This document shows positions 39,852-51,719 of a stretch of 64,000 nt of DNA, piece by piece (position 1 is the first letter of the stretch; each line of letters opens with the position of its first letter). Origin of the DNA: the human T2T-CHM13v2.0 reference genome, Homo sapiens; NCBI RefSeq assembly GCF_009914755.1, contig NC_060932.1. One strand, 5' to 3'. The notes under the pieces were generated by a model. It made no database searches. It had not been told where the DNA came from and saw nothing but the letters and a program-made list of their open reading frames with translations. The position numbers were made by a program, and so were the translations under genes.

Positions 39852-40612
39852 CTCTATTGACCATTCAGAAGAAGTTAAATTTGTTATACATTGCTTTGTT
39901 TTATAAATTTGTTATGCATTTGTTATCACATTGCTCAATGTGATAACGTTTGGGTAAGAATTTTTAGATATATGGTTATGACACATATTTGTTGATTTTT
40001 TTCTTGTAGTTAAAAAAATTTTTTTCATACTACACAGAGGTATCTTGTAGTTTGTTTTTTGATTTTGTTAAGAGCATAATAATGGGCTCATTAGATGATT
40101 TGGGATATGTCTTTCTCCATCTGCTGCATCTCTACTTTCTGAAAATGATGCATAAGGATGTATTATCTCTTTCCTAAATGTTTCATAGAATTATCCAGTG
40201 AAGCATTCCATATCCAAAATTTGAATTTATGAAAATGTTTTTAGTTACGAATTAATGTTAGTAATCATAGAATTGTACATATTTTTCTATTTCTTCTTGA
40301 GTCTGTTTGGTAATTTATGTTTTACTATCCTTTTTATGCCTGTAGTCCCTTTAGTGATTTCCGATTGACACATCCTAGGATACTCGGAATATATTAATTG
40401 GGTAGACTCAGATGACATACATACATGAATGGCAAGTTAGAAACATAAGCATTTTGGGACAAATAGAAATACATATGTGGTTTCTGAGCCAGAGGTTGGA
40501 AAATGATTAAAGTAGGTTAAACTCTAAAGGTTGGACAGATGAGAGAAAATATATTCTGAGACTGGTCCACATATTTTTAGGGAACTTCATCATACTCACA
40601 GTCATAGGGGAG

Positions 40613-41013
40613 TGTATCAGTTATCTATTGCCACGATAATGCTAAGTAACAAGCATCCAGGGAATCTCAGAAGTTCAAAAAACATTTTCTATGGATCTGC
40701 ATGTTGGCTGGAGTTCACTGATTCAGGTTGTGCTCTGATGAGCTAAATGGAAAAAACTTGGTCTGGTCAGCCTTTCTCATTTGCTTCCTTGTACCAGGAA
40801 GCATGGATGTGTTCTTACAGTTATTGTAGAAATACTAGTGGCCTTACTCAGGTACATGTCTATTTATATACCACTGGCAAAGTAAGTCGCATGCTCAAAC
40901 TCATCATCAATGGATAGAAAAACATGCTACGCTCCTTTTGTGGGAGAAGATGAAAAACCAGTATTAAAAGCTATATAAAGGAAGAATTAGGGACAGTAAT
41001 GCCGTGCACCACA
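40613..41013 (-). mobile_element. Old MLT1 (I/J group) LTR
   Basis: tgtatcagttatctattgccac..taatgct; cactggcaaagtaagtcgcatg; ends ccaca. Confidence 0.75.
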
Positions 41014-43258
41014 CAGAGTATGGTGTCACAGGAGGGAGGAGCCACGATTTAGCTCTCACAAGTTCTTTGCTTCCAACATTGCATGAATGGGCTTGACTAC
41101 ATCCCTATGTTCTCAATAGATGTAAGAAAGAAGCTTTATCTATCAAGGAAATTTGCTAGAAAAATGGGGTTGTGGGTCGCTGTAGAGAGGGGTTGCTGTG
41201 GAGAGGTAGCTTGCAGGAATAAATTGAACCAAGGACAAAAAAATGAAAGACATCCTGATTTCCCCAAATGCTTAAGGGTAGTTACTCATCTTGCAACATC
41301 TACAGTACCAAAAAGAGCTAAGGTGGTCTATAAATAGTATTCCAGAGATTTATACCACATTGCCATCTTGTTGGATATTATTTTCCCACTTCCTGAGAAT
41401 GTGATACTTACTGTATTGTGGGAGGGAAAACTATCTTACTAATAATGTAACATAAATTAAGAGGTATTAAATGACAGGGTTGGAATTTGAACCCAGATTT
41501 TCTTGATACCATTGGTATTTTTATATGTTTGCATCATGATATTTTTGGTATTCATCTGTAAAGTGGAATATTTTGCTACATATACTATTTCCTGTGATTA
41601 CATTTTACTCTGAATCTAATGAAAAGCCTGGCATATCTTTGGGAAGTCTTACTTGACCCATCCAAATAATACAGACAAGAAATCACTTCTTTGTGGCATA
41701 AAAGGACATATGCTCCTCTTTTTGCATAAATAGCTTGGGCATGTCATTATTTATACAATTAATACTTTTAATAGAGTTCAATTTGTTTGCAAACAGTGAT
41801 GTCTGCATATTTATTTTTATATGATGAAGACATAAAATGGTGACTTGAATATGGTAGAAAATAAAGGATAACTATATAGGTAAGTAAGTAGATAGATAAG
41901 TAGGTAGGTAGGTAGAGAGATAGATAAAGTGATTAAATGATTTATAATAGTCTTTCCATTTATATTTATAATATTTATTCCATTAGAAAATGAATGTTAG
42001 TGACTCTTCCTTTGGATTCAACTAGAATTGTTGCAAGTAGACAAGTTGTCCTCAGAAGTCATTGCATCTGACCTAAAATTAAAAAAAAAGTACTAAAAAT
42101 TCTTAGATGGCAGTGTTCACAAGATTGGAATCCAATTTCATAGTCTTAGGAGGCTAAAATAACCTATGGATGAAATTCTAGAGGCAAACTAGAAGGAATA
42201 TAGTTTCAGAAGCAGGCTCAACCAAAATAAAAAGGATATATACACACACACACAGACACACACACCTGTGGAATGTTTTCTAACCAACAAATCTCTGATA
42301 TAATTGACAGAATAACACTGTGAGACAGGCATCATTCAAAGAAATGGTGTATAGTTGAAAAAAATACATTGTCTTCTCATAGAACTCTAGTAATCCCAGT
42401 GACTGAGGTCATGGTTGCTACAAAGTAAAGATAGATTATTTTCCTGCAGTCCAGTGGAACAACCAAGAACTACTGCTCTGGGAGATGGTTGCTGCAGAAA
42501 TGCAATCTGGAGAACCAGGCATTAGGTGACAGTAATCTTCCTCAAGGGAACGAACAAAATTATCCTTTTCCCTCTGTGAGTGGCTCAACATTTGGTTAAT
42601 GATGCAGGAGTGCTAGTTAAGTGAGAGGGTGCTGAGTAAAGGGAGAGAATTCAACAGCTGCTTTTCCCTGTGATGAAGAATGGGTTTGTTTTTTGTTTGT
42701 TTCATATTACTTCCCAATATGTGCTCATACATATTTTTATAGATTTTGTTATTATCTGTAAACCCCATGGGAGCCCCATACCTTTTGCCTGAACTTGGCA
42801 TTACTCATAGCTGTCTCCTTGTTTAAGTTCATGGAAATAGAAACTTAAATATGACAAAGCCAAATGCACTCTTAAGGGACCTGTGGTGCCAGCCTCATCA
42901 AATCACACTATTCCATTTTGTAGAGAAGAAAAATGAGGACTACAAAGTATAGTGAATAGTCTCAGGTTGCACAGCAGGTGAACAAAAAGAAAGGATAAGA
43001 ACTAATTTTACTGTCTTTAGATATTTCTGCTACCACACCCTGAACTCCTACCTTTACCCCACCTCAAATCCCACACACCTCTGCCATTGTCGAGGAGAGC
43101 TGTACTGCCATTAATGTGATAGTTCACATTGAGCAGAGCAGGTGGCCCGTAACAAGCTCTCAATAAATGTGAAATAATGTTTTCAAAGCTATACGTGTTA
43201 TTTATTAACATGCGAGCCATTTTCATTCCTTTTGAAGGTTTTTAATTTTTAGTTTCTT

Positions 43259-43875
43259 TGGTAGTGATATGCTGACCAGTCTTTGATAACTTACTCTCTG
43301 TATAAGTTTCCTAAGGATGCCACAACAAACTAGTGCAGACATGATGTGTTAAACAATAGATGGTTATTTTCTCACAATTCTGATGGTGAGAAGTCTAAGG
43401 ACCAAGGTGCCATCAAGGTTGGTTTCTTTGAGGGCTTTCTCCTTAGACGGTAGAGGGCTGTCTTCTCACTTCATCTTCACATGGTCTCTCACCTGTATGT
43501 CTGTGTCCCTCCCCTTCTTAAACAAACATCAGTTACATTGAATTAGGGCCCACCGTAGTGACTTCATTTTAAATTAATTACCTTTTGAAAGAGACTGCTT
43601 TCAAATACAGTAATATTCTGAGGTACTGGGGGTTAAGACTTCAATATATGAACTTTATGGAGACATAAGTCAGCCTGTATCACCCCTAAAAAAACAGAAA
43701 AGAAAGAAAAGAAAAAGAAAGCTAAGATTCATGGCGCTCATTGATTTCTATGGTGGCAAATACTACTTAAAGACAATTTCAAGTCACCAATGTGACATAT
43801 CTAAACACAGCATCGGCAAAGAGATGTGCACACTTGGCTTTTCTGAGCCAGTGAAAGCTCATTCCAGCACCACTG
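43259..43875 (-). mobile_element. MER63A-like hAT transposon split by an MLT1 LTR
   Basis: Right part tttcaagtcaccaatgtgac...gagatgtgcaca...gagccagt...ccagcaccactg. Confidence 0.8.
43299..43682 (-). mobile_element. MLT1B-like solo LTR
   Basis: tgtataagtttcct...ctcacaattctg...ttctgaggtactgggggttaagacttcaa. Confidence 0.88.
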
Positions 43876-44531
43876 CTATTCAATCATTTTGCCCTCTGAC
43901 TGATATTCCACTGTTATAAAAGCATACCTTTTTACCTGAATCCCATTTTCAAGTTCTGTATGAGCTTAGAAAGGCATCACTCAAGGGGGTCCCTGTGAAG
44001 GTTAGGAGTTCTGGAAACTGTCCTGAATTGAAAAGTGAAGCTAATTTAGGGGGCCTCAGGCAATAGTTCCATAATCATAATGAATATTGTGGTTATTTCG
44101 AGGAATTTATGTTAAGCCAAGAAGACAGAGTAAGGTGGGAGACAGTATCTGGTCTGAATGGCCAGGTTATGTGTCAAATGTGAATCTCTCCCTCATTTAA
44201 GGAACATTCTCTCTTTTTCTGTTAGCTTTTGTTTGCTTGTTTATTTATTTATTTGGTAGCTTCTATGCCACCATTTTCTGCTGCTTACTGTTTTTCCTCT
44301 TAAAATTCTGATTGGAACTTCATATAACTTTAAATGTTTCAATATAAACGCCTAATGCTTATGCAGGACCACAGTTCTTATATGCTGTGCTCTCCCCTTA
44401 GAATTTCATCCAAATCGTCACGTAGAATGTCATTCATACTCCAATAGCTTTATCTGTAGTCCTAAGCTCTTTTCTATACTTAAAACAATATCTATATTTA
44501 GATGTCTCATTGTTATTTCCAGCTACATACC

Positions 44532-44885
44532 TGATATGGTTTGGCTGTGTCCCCACCAAAATATCAACTTGAATTGTATCTCCCAGAATTCCCACGTGTT
44601 TTGGGAGGGACTCAGCTGGAGGTAATTCAATCATGGGGACCAGTGTTTCCCTTGTTATTCTCATGGTAGTGAATAAGTCTCATGAGATTTAATGGGTTTA
44701 TCAGGGGTTTCCGCTTTTGCTTCTTCCTCATTTTCTCTTGCTGTCACCATGTAAGAAGTGCCTTTTGCCTTCGGCCATGATTCTGAGGCCTCCTCAGCCA
44801 TGTGAAACTGTAAGTCCAATTAAACCTCTTTTTCTTCCCAGTCTCAGGTGTGTCTTTATCAGCAGCATGAAAACAGACTAACACA
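44532..44885 (+). mobile_element. THE1A solo LTR
   Basis: tgatatggtttggctgtgtccccacc; THE1A-type gtatctcccagaattccc and ggtttccgcttttgc. Confidence 0.93.
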
Positions 44886-45109
44886 ATAATGTTAAAATTA
44901 TGCACATGATTTATATGTAACTCCTCTGCAAGTACAATTTGTCTCAGAAAATGATTTCATAATATCGCTAATTACCCACTGAAGGTAGAACAATTTAAAC
45001 TACCTGATTGGAAGAAAGAGAGAGAACAATAGTTTGAGAAAAAAAAACAAGCAGAACCTGAGTCATGCGTGATAATACCAAAAGTCTAAACTTTGTCCAG
45101 AAGAAGATA

Positions 45110-47762
45110 ATATTGTCTGATGGGGTTTTCAATGCATGCAGGTGAAATACATGTGACAACCATAACGTAAGAAGAGAGGGTAAAGTCACCTATATGGTGA
45201 TAAGTATTCTATCTGGAATAGTGAAGTATTGATTATAAGTAAACTGTGAAAAATTAAATATATAATGTAAACACTAAAAAACTCAATGAAAATTTTACTC
45301 AAAGATATAGTAGAAAATTAATAGATGGATTAAAATATAATACTAATAATTATTGAAAGCATTTAAAAGAAGGCAGAAAAGGAGAAACTGAGGAATTAAA
45401 ATCAGAGGGAATCAACAGAAGCCAAATAGTGAAATGACAGGCATGAATGCAAACATGTAATTTACATTAAATGTAAGCAAAAACTATTAAAATTTAAACA
45501 TTTTCCGGAAAAAACTTAAAACAAAAACAAACAAACAAAAGACATAAGACTAGAGGATATGCTGTCTAAAAGAAACCCACTTCATATATTATTGTATGTG
45601 CTAGTTAAAAGTAAAAGTTCAAAAACAATATACTATGCAAACACTAATCAAAAGAAACCTGGAAAGTTTAAATTAAGTCTATATTAAGTCTACATCAAGT
45701 CTACATCAGACAATGTAGACTTCAGAGAAAGAAAAAATTACTAGACATAAAGATAAATGTTATATAATGTTTAAACAGTAAATTCACTGAGAACATACAA
45801 CAATTCTAAATGTAAAGGCACCTAAAAATAAAAATATATAAAAATCAACTGATTTTACTGAAAGAAAAAAATAGAATTTCTAGTTAGAGGTTTCAGCATA
45901 TTTATCTCAATAATTAATAAAATAATTCACATAGTTGTAAAATCAGCAAGCATATAGAAAATGGAACAAAACCATCAACAAATTGGATTTAGGGAACATT
46001 TATAAGTCATCCCACTAAACGATAGCAAAATACATATTCTTATAAAATGCACATGAAATATTTACAAAGACCGTATTCAAAGTCATAAAACAAAACTAAT
46101 TAAAACAATAAATGTATCTATTCTCATCATAGCAAACTGTAATACAAATCAATAACAGAAAGTTAATTATAAAACCTCTAAAATATGGTTTGGCTCAGTG
46201 CCCCCACCCAAATGTCATGTTGGAATCCCCAATTGTAATCCCCAGTGTTGAGAGAGGGACTTGGTAGAGGTGACTGGATCATGGGGATAGATTTCTCCCC
46301 TTGCTGTTCTCATGATAGTGAGTGAATTCTCACAAGATTTGGTTGTTTGAAAGTGTGTAGCACTTTCCCCTTAGCTCCTTCTCTCTCTCTCCTGCTGCCA
46401 TGTGAAGATATGCTTGCTTCCTTTTTGCCCTTCTGCCAATATTGTAAGTTTCCCAAGGCCTCCTCAGCCATGCCTCCTGTACAGCCTGTGGAACTGTGAA
46501 TCAATTAGACCTCTTTTGTCTATAAATTACCCCATCTCATATAGTTCTTTATGGTGGTGTGAGGATGGACTAATACACTCTAGAAACATGGGAATTAAAT
46601 AATGCATTCTAAGTAATTTACAATTAAAAAATAAAATATTAATAAATTAACTTCATTAAAATAAAAAATATTTGCCTTGTGAAAAACACAGTTAAAAGAA
46701 TGAAAACACAAGATACAGACTGAGAGAGAATATTTGCAAACCAAATACTCAACAATTGATTCATGTCCAGAATTTGTTTAAAAAAACGCGCAAAACTCAA
46801 CAATAAACAAACCACTCAATGAAAATAAAAATTAGCGAAATATGTAAACAAACATATCACCTAGGAAGATACAGAAATGACAAATATGCACAGGAAAATA
46901 TGCTTATCTTCAGTAGACATTAGGGAAACGCAATGAAAAAATGAATAAAATACCACTGCATACCTATAAGAATCACAAACAACAACTAAAGTTTTAAAAT
47001 CACAGTATCAATTGCTGGCAAAGATGTGAAGCAGCTAGAGCTCTTATTCAAACACTTCAATTAAAATTCTGACATTTACGGGAAAAAAACTAAAATGCAA
47101 AGAAAAAGTACAAGATCAGAGGATATGCTGTCTGAAAGAAACCCACTTTGTATATTCTTGTGTGTGCAGGTATGTCACTGGTAGGAATGTAAAATGGTAG
47201 AGTCACTTTGGAAAGTAGTTTGACAGTTTCTTATAAATGTCAGCAAAGAGTTTTTGTATTACCAGCAATTTCACTTCTAGGTATTTACCTAAAATAAATA
47301 AAAGCTTATGTTTACACAAAATCTTCTACAAAATGTTACAGCAGCTATATTCTTAACTGCCAAAACTGTAAACAACCCAAACATCTTTTAATGAGTGAAT
47401 GAGTAAATAAATTATGGTAGGCTTATGCAATTGAATACTAAATAATGATAAAAAGGAACAAGCTATTGATATATAGATGAATCTCAAAGACATATTGCAA
47501 AGGGAAATAAATCAGACTCAGTGACTACATACGTATGTTACATACTGTTATTACATTTAAATGACAGTGTTTTTTGGGGGTTGGGGTTCAAAGGGGTATG
47601 GTGTGAGGATTTGCAGTAATAGATGCAGCATGATGTAATTTCTTGGGGTGATTGAACTGTTCTGTATCCTCATTAGAGTTGTGTTTACACAAATTTATAA
47701 ATATTTTATAATTCATACAACTGTACCACAAAATGTCAATTATACCATGTGTAAATTTGGTG
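45110..47762 (+). mobile_element. Old L1M (MC/MD/ME) fragments with large internal deletions
   Basis: atatgctgtct..aagaaacccactt (EN region), gaatatttgcaaacc, cacttctaggtatttacc, gaatctcaaa. Confidence 0.85.
46181..46577 (+). mobile_element. MSTA solo LTR
   Basis: atatggtttggctc...ggactaataca; TSD ctcta on both sides. Confidence 0.93.
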
Positions 47763-48899
47763 AGTAATGACAAATCTAATTTAAATAGGTGTAAAAGAAA
47801 GCAGAAAATGGAGAGTTGGGGAGTTGAGTTGTACAGGTGGAGGAGAGAGTAGATTCATATACTTCCTGGGGGTATGCATAAGACATACCCATAGAGATCT
47901 ATAGCAATATATTAAGTAAATGAATCTGCAGCTTCTGGGATGATTCTGATCTATCTAAACAGATCTGTGAGTAATGGAATAAAAGTGGTCAGAGTATGAA
48001 TGGTGTCTCCCTGGAAGAGTGTGTAGAGTTAGAAGAAAATGTGTTCCAACAGAAATACCAATATTTAAGAATTGTGCAGGGGTTGTGTATATCAGAAACT
48101 TATAATCAAGCAAGCAAGATAATAAGGCAGAACGCAGTATAAAAGGCAGTAGAATGTTTCAAGATAAGTCTGCATCAAATGCAGCAAGTTGAAGAATAAT
48201 CTGCCCATTGATATTTGTGATTAGCACTGAAATTTCAATATCATGACAACTTACAGTAATTTCTATCAAGGGGTAGAATGAAGGTTTGATCATTCTATAA
48301 AGTCTCAAGGTGTCTCAAATCTAGCCAGGGTGCCAAAGCAGCATATTGGAATATTAGGGAGAATGGAAGAACACAAAGCATGCATTTTTTGTATCCTCTC
48401 ACATTTTTCTGTTATACTTTACCTTTCAGCCAATAAAGATACAATTTTGCAGTACTATAGAAACACAGTTCAGTTAGCTTCCCAAAGAGGTTTTAGGTTT
48501 AAGCCAAGATAGAGAAATTTCATAAATTTATAAGTGGTACACAGAATCTTTACTTAGTGGAAATTCCTTGATTTACAAAATGTTCTTCCAGTAGGATGAA
48601 GTTAATATTTTATTGAACTTCTACTCTGTGGCTGCCCCTTATTTATAGACATCATTAATTTACTCATCCAATCATTTATTCAATAATCATTCAATAACCA
48701 TGCACTGAGCTCCCAATATGAGCTGAAGAAGCAATGAGGAACGAGCGCATAATAGATTTTAAATTAAAGCTATTTTGTTTTGCAGTCAAAATAGGCTGTT
48801 TATGACCCATAAGGCGGTCAGTACTAGCATAGTCACTTCTGTACATTCGACTCCTCAGGAAACCGATGCTGTCATTCTCATGCTTAAAGTGTAAGAAGA

Positions 48900-49230
48900 C
48901 ATATTGTAGAAAAACATGGTTTAGCAGAGGGAGAGTTTGGTCAGAGAAAGTCATAACAAAGACCTCAGCTGATTCCACAGGGAGCTTTGAAGCTGGATGT
49001 CCCTTAAGAATGACTCTGTGCTGAGGCAAAGAAACCAGGCTCGGGTACCCCTGCATGACCCAGTCATTTAAGTTGGGTAGCAGCTTCACCCCTAGAAGGG
49101 GCCATGACTTGGGCAAGGCAACTCTCTTTGGCTCCAGGCAATTTTTCAGGAGGGGTTTAGCTAAGATTCAGCGTCTTTCAATGCTCTGAGCAGGTGAGAT
49201 AAGGAGTATTTCAATTCTGAATCAAGAGGA
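48900..49230 (-). mobile_element. LTR16-family (ERVL) fragment
   Basis: cctcagctgattccacagggagctttgaagctggatgtccctt; ttgggcaaggcaactct. Confidence 0.7.
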
Positions 49231-49459
49231 CAAGTGTTATAGTAACCACCTGTTGTCTTCAGTGTTTCTGAGTGCCTTGCACACATAGGTACTTAAATAC
49301 TGGTAAGTACGTAATCTCTGCAACTAAATGTCACCGTTGAGAAAGAGAGAGAAAGAGAAACAGAGAAAGAGAGAGAGAGAAAGAAGTTTTGTGCAAAATG
49401 CTGTAGTGAATGTATGAGCAAATCACTATCTTATGTAATCCTCATGTATCCTTAAGGGA

Positions 49460-49725
49460 TAGAGTTGCAACATTTAGCAAATTAAAATTCAAGACACCCA
49501 GTTAAAATTTGAATTTCAGATAAGCAATGAATACTTTTTAGTGTAAATGTTTAATGCAGTATTTGGACTGTATGTGTATGTATGTACTTACTATGTATAT
49601 ATTATATATGTATAATACACAGACATATGCCATATTTTATGGATACTACTTATACTAAAATATTATTCATTGTTTACCTGAAATTGAAATTTAATTTAGC
49701 ATTCTATATTTTCCTGGCAAATCTG
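49460..49725. mobile_element. MER53 palindromic hAT MITE with a central TA/TG-rich expansion
   Basis: cccagttaaaatttgaatttcagataa and the inverted arm tttacctgaaattgaaatttaa; ends ..ctggcaaatctg. Confidence 0.88.
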
Positions 49726-49794
49726 GGATAGATGACTGAGGTTCTCAGTATTGCACAAAAATTTTTAAAAAGTAGTGATACCAAAAGGTACCAA

Positions 49795-49874
49795 TGCAAG
49801 GAATTAAACTAGCCCTGTTTAACCATTGTGACGGTGGTGCAAGGAATTAAACTAGCCTTGTTTAACCATTGTGA
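49795..49874. repeat. 37-bp direct repeat, two copies, 6-bp spacer
   Basis: tgcaaggaattaaactagcc(c/t)tgtttaaccattgtga at 49795-49831 and 49838-49874. Confidence 0.95.
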
Positions 49875-50260
49875 TTATTATTAGTCTGTGATCCTTAGTT
49901 TCATTTGCATATTTTTGTGTTTTCTCAATTTCAGCGAGCTAGAAGCCTTTTAATATTTTCCCCAGGTTCTGCCAATGGGACGAATTGATGGGAAGATAGA
50001 AGGCGGAGAGAGGAGGTTATTTCTCCCAGCTTCTGGTTGTGCCTTTGCTATCACTAGCAACAGCTGGAGGCAGCTCCAGGCTCTTTGCAGCAACTTTGGC
50101 ATCAGCCGCAGCATCACTGTTAGTGATTTCAGCAGCAATAGCACCCCTGTGGGTTCCTGGGACCCTGTTCAGCAGGAGTGTTTTGGTACCAGCAGCAGGA
50201 ACAGCAGCAGAAGTACCACTGGCAGATTGGCTGTAAGCGTGGGTTCATAGACTCCAGCAA
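49875..50260. mobile_element. Old ERVL LTR (LTR33/41-like) fragment
   Basis: ggttctgccaatggga...gaaggcgg..gagg followed by a CAG-rich segment. Confidence 0.5.
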
Positions 50261-51369
50261 TAGATATTCAGGAATGGGACTTTGGGATTGGTTATTTGAC
50301 CAGATCGGGGAGCCTAGAGTTACTTTGAAATGCAGTAAGCAGCAAGAATGGAGGTAAAAGATGACGCTTGCTTTAAATTAGAAGAAAATGAGTCACAACA
50401 AAAGCTCTGTGACCGCCTCTGGCGGAGAAGATGTTTATACAAGGCACGCCATTACTGATGTCTCCTGGGAATGCACCAGGGAACAGCAAACAACGGCATT
50501 AGCAGTCACTTCTGTCTTTCTTAGGTTCTAGTGCAGGTCCGTTTTTACAACAAGTTTGAGTTATATCCCAGGACTTGTTTCATCTCTCACATTTTATTCA
50601 TCCTTGAACTGTATTTACTCCAACAGTAGTCATTCCCAGGGCAGCACCTGTCTCCGTGGTTCTAAAATCCGTGAATGCTGCCTGCACAGGCCCACTCGAT
50701 TACTTGGGCACCAGTTCTACTCCTCAAATATTGATACCTTTCAAATTTTCTCTAATCTCTTTGGAATCGTGTATCTCTGGAGTTGAGAAGTCTCAGATGA
50801 GAAATAATAACTTTACCTAACCTCAGGTCAGGAATTCTGAGTTTGCAAATCTTGACTATGCTGTAAGCTGTTTTGAGTAGAATATGAGAACCTTGAGATT
50901 CCCACTTATAGATAAATCATGAAAAACCTGATATAATTTCATTAATTCTCCATGAGTATTCAGTGAAATAGAATAACTAATAGTTGTGTAGCTTAATTCT
51001 TGGAAATAATATAGTCTCAATAATATAATTTGAGTAATTTTTGAGTAAAAGTCCTGTCTTAGATGACCTGATGCTAAAAGACAATATTAGCAACATCATC
51101 AGTGAGTATGAGAATTTAATAAGACAATAAATATAAAAATGCTCTTGAAATTATTTAATTGCAATGATTATTAGTCTTTATTATTGATTTGTTCACATGA
51201 CAATTTTTTTAGATGACTACTGATTTTGTCACTTTCTATTAAGGTAATATTAACACGTATCCACTTAATTGTTTTAAGTATATGATTTTTCCAGTTCCAT
51301 TTCTCAATTAAGAAAGAAGAATAGAGAACCAGAGGGATTAAAGAAATAGTAAAGACATTTGAGGATTTC

Positions 51370-51690
51370 AGTCTTTCATTTATTGAGTACCTACTATGTG
51401 CCAGACACCCTGCTATATTCCAGGGATACAAAAATCTATACCATGCTGTAAATATCTTATTCTCCAGCAATAATAGCAATAGGTACAACTAATGTTTAAA
51501 GAGCACTTGTTTTGTGCCAACCCTGATTCTAAATGTTTCACATGATTTATATGATTTAATCCTCACATAATCACTCTACAATGTAGCTACCATTTTTTTT
51601 TCTGTACATAAAGACATGGAAACTTTTCAAATTTAAGTAAAAAGTCTAAGACTATATGATATGGTAGAGTCAGATTCTAGCAGAATGAGG
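51370..51690 (-). mobile_element. L2 3' end followed by a MIR
   Basis: ttcatttattgagtacctactatgtgccagacac; tttaatcctcacataa. Confidence 0.75.
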
Positions 51691-51719
51691 AGAGGAGTAA
51701 TGTGACCAAATTATAAAGG

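Larger units (their letters stand above)
37090..40370 (-). mobile_element. Old L1M (ORF2/3') fragments hosting MADE1, AluJ, an MST LTR and (TCTA)n
   Basis: Reverse L1 motifs: ttttagccattct, ttgcatttccctgat, gagaattgacat, ttttctgcatct. Confidence 0.85.

Noticed and set aside
45674-45708. 11-bp tandem unit (aagtctacatc-like) x3
   Set aside because: Ordinary slippage inside an old L1
48691-49116. 141-aa minus-strand ORF
   Set aside because: Overlaps LTR16-like and L2 remnants; no recognisable domain
49795-49874. CRISPR-like 37-bp repeat
   Set aside because: Only two copies, a 6-bp spacer, no cas genes, and primate DNA; it is a local duplication
50050-50225. CAG-rich stretch as a polyQ/polyA coding region
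   Set aside because: Scattered short CAG runs inside a probable old ERVL LTR; no coherent ORF
50410-50430. CTCF site (reverse strand CCGCCAGAGGCG)
   Set aside because: Mismatches the GGC end of the core consensus; too weak to call
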